Source of the DNA: Dehalococcoidia bacterium
GTDB lineage: Bacteria; Chloroflexota; Dehalococcoidia; DSTF01; JACRBR01
Assembly (NCBI GenBank): GCA_035650575.1
Contig: DASRHM010000114.1
Span: 2,265 to 66,264 of the forward strand
Reading direction: 5' to 3'
Length of the DNA stretch: 64,000 bases
The translations under genes and the position numbers were made by a program. Below are positions 60,736 through 64,000 of this stretch, piece after piece (within the stretch, counting starts at the first letter, position 1; each line of letters starts with the position of its first letter). The notes beneath the pieces are model-generated. The model saw nothing but the letters and a program-made list of their open reading frames with translations, was not told where the DNA came from and did not search any database.

Positions 60736-61668
60736 GTGCGTCGGGGCCTCGTGCTCTTCGCGGCGCTCGCGCTTCCGGCGCTCCTGGCCGCCTGCGGCGG
60801 GGACGACGCACCGGCCTCGCCGCGCATCGTCTACGAGGCCTCCGCGGGCGACATCACCAACATCTACACGGTCGATCCGCACAGCGGCGCCACGGCGCAG
60901 CTGACGCACGGCGCGCGCTTCGACGGCAGCCCGGCGTGGTCGCCGGACCGGCGGCGCATCATCTTCTCGTCCGACCGCGACGGGCAGGCGCAGACCGACC
61001 TCTACGTGATGCGGGCGGACGGATCGGACGCGCACCGGATCACCGACACACCGAACGCCGGCGAATACAGCGCCAAGTTCTCGCACGATGGGAGGCGCAT
61101 CGCGTACACGCGGCAGTCGGAGGACGGCTGGACGCTCTGGGTGATGCAGGCGGATGGGTCGTCGCCCCAGCGCGTCGCCGGGCCCTACGAGTTCGTCGAG
61201 TTCCCGGCGTGGACGCACGACGACGGCGCGCTCTACTACTCCGCGATCGAGCAACCCGCGGATCCGTCGCAGGTGCCGGACCGTGCGCACATCTTCTCCG
61301 TCGACCTCGCGTCGGGCGATGTGCGCGCGCGCATCCGCACCGCCGGCCCCGATGTCTGCCCGCACTTCAGCCGCGACGGCGCGCGCCTGACCTATGCCGC
61401 GCCGCGCCCGGGCGCCGACGACGCGAACCTCGAGATCTGGGCGCACGAGGTCACATCCGAAGACCCGACCGGCGCGTCGGACACGGCGCTCACCGATGAC
61501 CCGGCGCGCGACGACTACGGCAACCCCTCGCCTGACGACCGGACGATGGTCTTCGTCTCCGACCGCGACGGTCCCGGCGGCGACCTCTACCTGATGGACC
61601 GCGACGGCGCGAACGTGCGGCGTCTCACCGACACGCCGGACCTGCGCGAGAACGTGCCGGACTGGTAG
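60736..61668 (+). CDS. PD40/TolB-like beta-propeller lipoprotein
   Basis: GTG start; lipobox LAACGG; repeated SPAWSPDRRRIIFSSDRDG / FSHDGRRIAYT / FSRDGARLTYA PD40 motifs. Confidence 0.65.
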   Translation: MRRGLVLFAALALPALLAACGGDDAPASPRIVYEASAGDITNIYTVDPHSGATAQLTHGARFDGSPAWSPDRRRIIFSSDRDGQAQTDLYVMRADGSDAHRITDTPNAGEYSAKFSHDGRRIAYTRQSEDGWTLWVMQADGSSPQRVAGPYEFVEFPAWTHDDGALYYSAIEQPADPSQVPDRAHIFSVDLASGDVRARIRTAGPDVCPHFSRDGARLTYAAPRPGADDANLEIWAHEVTSEDPTGASDTALTDDPARDDYGNPSPDDRTMVFVSDRDGPGGDLYLMDRDGANVRRLTDTPDLRENVPDW

Positions 61669-61712
61669 CCAGCGAGGGGCCCGCGGGCGTATCGTCTCGA
61701 GAGAGCGAAAGG

Positions 61713-62630
61713 ATGCGTCTCATGTGGTCGGTCCGAAGCCTGGTCCTCGCCGCGGTGTTGCTCGTGGCGCTGCTGCCCGAATCCGCGCTCGCCCAGGCGC
61801 GCAAGCGCGACGGCGGCTTCGACCTGCGCACCAACGGCGATTACACGCTGGCGGCCGGCGAGCGCGTCGCCTCGGCCGTCGTCATCCGGGGCGATGCGCG
61901 CATCGAAGGCACCGTGACGGACGCGCTCGTCGTGATCAACGGCTACGCCACCGTCGCCGGCGGCGGGCGCGTCGAGGACACGGTGGTCGTCGTGCGCGGC
62001 AACCTGCGGCTCGAAGCCGGCTCGCGGGTGGACGACGTGATGCTCGTGCGCAGCGACCTGGACCGCGATCCCGCCGCGGCGGTCACCGGCACGGTCCGCC
62101 ACTCGACCGGCCCGCGGTTCGGCTGGGCGGCAGGGGTGTTCTGGGTCGGGCTCTGGATCGGGCTGACCGTGGCCGTGTTGCTCGCGGCGCTGATCTTCGC
62201 GGCCGTCGCGGGGCGCCAGCTCGCGCGCGCGGCGATGCTCCTGACCGCCGAGGCGCCCTATTCGATCCTGTCGGCGGTGGTGCTCTGGATCGCGCTGCCG
62301 CTGGTCGCCGTCGTCGCGTTCGTGACGGTGATCGGGATCCCGTTCGGGATCGGGCTGCTCCTGCTGGTGCTGCCGGCGCTCTGGTTCCTCGGTTACATCG
62401 CCGCCGGCACGCGGTTGGGGTTGCAGATCACGGGCCCGGAGAAGTCCGGCGACCACCCGTACCTCGCGGCGTTCCTGGGGGTGCTGATCCTGCAGCTCAT
62501 CGGCTTCGTGCCGGTCATCGGGATCCTGATCGATATCATCGCCGGGCTGTACGGCTCGGGCGCGCTCGTGCTGATGGCCTTCCGCAACGTGAGCGGCCCC
62601 GGCGCGACCCCGGCGCCGGCGCCGGCGTGA
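61713..62630 (+). CDS. Membrane protein: signal peptide, beta-rich N-terminal domain, 4-5 C-terminal TM helices, Pro/Ala tail
   Basis: Hydrophobicity pattern only; the N-terminal domain (GDARIEGTVTDALVVINGYATVAGGGRVEDTVVVVRGNLRLEAG) resembles bactofilin-like beta-helix repeats. Confidence 0.4.
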   Translation: MRLMWSVRSLVLAAVLLVALLPESALAQARKRDGGFDLRTNGDYTLAAGERVASAVVIRGDARIEGTVTDALVVINGYATVAGGGRVEDTVVVVRGNLRLEAGSRVDDVMLVRSDLDRDPAAAVTGTVRHSTGPRFGWAAGVFWVGLWIGLTVAVLLAALIFAAVAGRQLARAAMLLTAEAPYSILSAVVLWIALPLVAVVAFVTVIGIPFGIGLLLLVLPALWFLGYIAAGTRLGLQITGPEKSGDHPYLAAFLGVLILQLIGFVPVIGILIDIIAGLYGSGALVLMAFRNVSGPGATPAPAPA

Positions 62631-62631
62631 A

Positions 62632-63652
62632 TCAGACGCGCAGCACGTCTGCGCTGGAGTAGAACTGCCTGGCCCACTGGCGGTACTTCCCGACCGGGCC
62701 GTCGCCCGCCGCGAGCACCGGCGGCTGCACGTAGCGCTTGTGCTTCCAGATTACGAAGTCCTGCGCCACATCCTGCGTGAAGCCGCGAAAGATGAAGCGC
62801 GCCATCGCCGCGCGCACGAGCGGGCGCGGGACAGGGGCGAGCGACGGGCTGATGCGCATCGGCCTGATGTCGTCGTGCATGCTGAGCGCGACGCGGAGGA
62901 CGATCTGCTCGCCGTCGACGGGCGTCGGGAGTACGAAGAGCCGCGCCCGCACGGCGTACACCGGCACCTCGACCTCCACCAGCGAGTAGCCGAGCCCGTG
63001 CACGTGCACCTCGAACTCGGCGCGGATCGGCCGGCGGATGACCGGGGCCGCGCGCACCATCGCATATGCCGCATTGAGGTACGGACCATCGGTCACGGCT
63101 TCCTTCAGCACCTCCACGCCGCTGTACCCGTGGATCTCGCTGAAGTGCCCCAGGTCGACGCTGTTCTCGGTCGTCTCCTGCGGATGGCCGCGCAGGCGCC
63201 ATTCTTTCGTGAGCAGCGACGGCGACCATCCCGTCATGTCGAGCGCCGGCACCTCCCACGCCGGCGCTCGGCCCTCGCCGTCGTGCCATGCGACGATCAG
63301 GCCGTTGCGCTCGACCGCCGGCAGCGTGCGCAGTTTCGCGAGCGGCGGCGGCTTCGTGCCGTAGGGGATGAACGTGCACTCGCCGCGCGCGTCGAAGCGG
63401 AAGCCGTGGAACGGGCAGCGGATGCAGTCGCCGATGACCTGCCCGCCGTGCCCCAGGTGCGCGCCGAGGTGCGGGCAGTACGCGTCGGCAACGCACACGT
63501 CGCCGGAAGCCGTGCGGAACGCGACGACGTCCTGGCCCATGAACGTCAGGGCGCGGACCGCGCCGCGGGGCAGGTCGCGCGAGAACGCCACGCAGTACCA
63601 ACCGTTGGGGAACGGCGGCAGGAGCGGACGGTTCCTCGCGGAGGCGGACATG
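62632..63652 (-). CDS. Rieske [2Fe-2S] domain oxygenase-like protein
   Basis: CPHLGAHLGHG...CIRCPFHGF (CxH-x16-CxxH). Start at MSASARN (63652). Confidence 0.7.
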
Positions 63653-63789
63653 CGCGCGGCCTTTCGTCGTGCGCATATCTCACACGAGCGCGGCGGGCGG
63701 CGCAAGACGCAAGCGCTAGCCGGCCGGCGAATCGCGCTCATCGTCGGAGAGGGTACGAGCGCGCGTCCGGGCCGATCGCGGCGCCGGGA

Positions 63790-64000
63790 CTATGGCCGGA
63801 GCCGGTAGAAGCGGAAGAACTCGTGCTCCACTGGCAGCACCTCGATGTCCTTGAAACCGGCCTCTTGCGCATACGCGCGGAGTGTCGCCGGGCGCATGAC
63901 AGTGCCCGTCGCGGCGGACGGCGTCTCGGCGCGGCTCGACGGCAGGCAGTGGAAGATGCTCCACCCGTACATCAACCGCTCGATGTCGTCGCCCGGCGCC
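63790..64000 (-). CDS. C-terminal end of a probable SAM-dependent methyltransferase (gene continues beyond the window end)
   Basis: The open frame runs off the edge; the tail ...WSIFHCLPSSRAETPSAATGTVMRPATLRAYAQEAGFKDIEVLP is reminiscent of a methyltransferase C-terminus. Weak. Confidence 0.3.
   Translation of the reverse strand, partial: APGDDIERLMYGWSIFHCLPSSRAETPSAATGTVMRPATLRAYAQEAGFKDIEVLPVEHEFFRFYRLRP

Overview
High-GC (~70%) bacterial chromosomal segment; every gene call rests on my reading of the supplied six-frame translations, with no database search run. From start to end the window holds: the N-terminal part of an aconitase gene, an SDR, a bacterial-type topoisomerase IB, and a GMC oxidoreductase with a Tat-signal small subunit lying directly downstream of a caa3-type cytochrome c oxidase cluster (ctaC-ctaD-ctaE, a small membrane protein and a CtaG-like assembly factor). 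These are followed by MarR, an FNT channel, a GH25-like hydrolase, YbaK, a 2-oxoacid dehydrogenase E1alpha/E1beta/E2 operon, the pncA-pncB salvage pair, a membrane LuxR-HTH/TolB-propeller fusion, an ECF sigma factor, envelope-modification genes and a second SDR. The main finding is a ~16.5 kb lower-GC island (28231..44969) at tRNA-Gly(CCC), bounded by 139-bp ungapped direct repeats (~93% identical) that include the last 45 nt of the tRNA. It carries a DISARM class 1-like anti-phage locus on the minus strand with unusual features. (1) The SNF2 (DrmD-like) helicase gene is split by a 1-nt frameshift. (2) It is translationally coupled (TGATG overlap) to a PglX/DrmMI-like N6-adenine methyltransferase whose reading frame is broken at an in-frame (AG)12 dinucleotide tract and again at a 1-nt deletion ~600 nt downstream. 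The two lesions sum to -3 nt, so the conserved C-terminus is stranded in-phase but unreachable, which suggests a phase-variable or decaying MTase. (3) An HTH-ImmA/IrrE metallopeptidase and a DUF4411 protein are embedded. (4) A 1718-aa single polypeptide appears to fuse a DEAD/DEAH helicase core, a DUF1998-type Cys4 module and a C-terminal DUF559/Vsr-like PD-(D/E)xK nuclease; these correspond to DrmA, DrmB and a DrmC replacement, an architecture I do not recognise from described DISARM, Druantia or MrfA systems. No integrase, transposase or CRISPR array is visible. Downstream of the island lie a LOG-family gene, a BNR lipoprotein, two family III CoA-transferases, a nitronate monooxygenase, tRNA-Val, an MBL hydrolase, a hybrid histidine kinase, a FliA-type sigma factor, CsrA, tRNA-Met, TetR, a His-rich membrane protein, DUF402, argS, a PD40 lipoprotein, a Rieske oxygenase and a partial methyltransferase gene.
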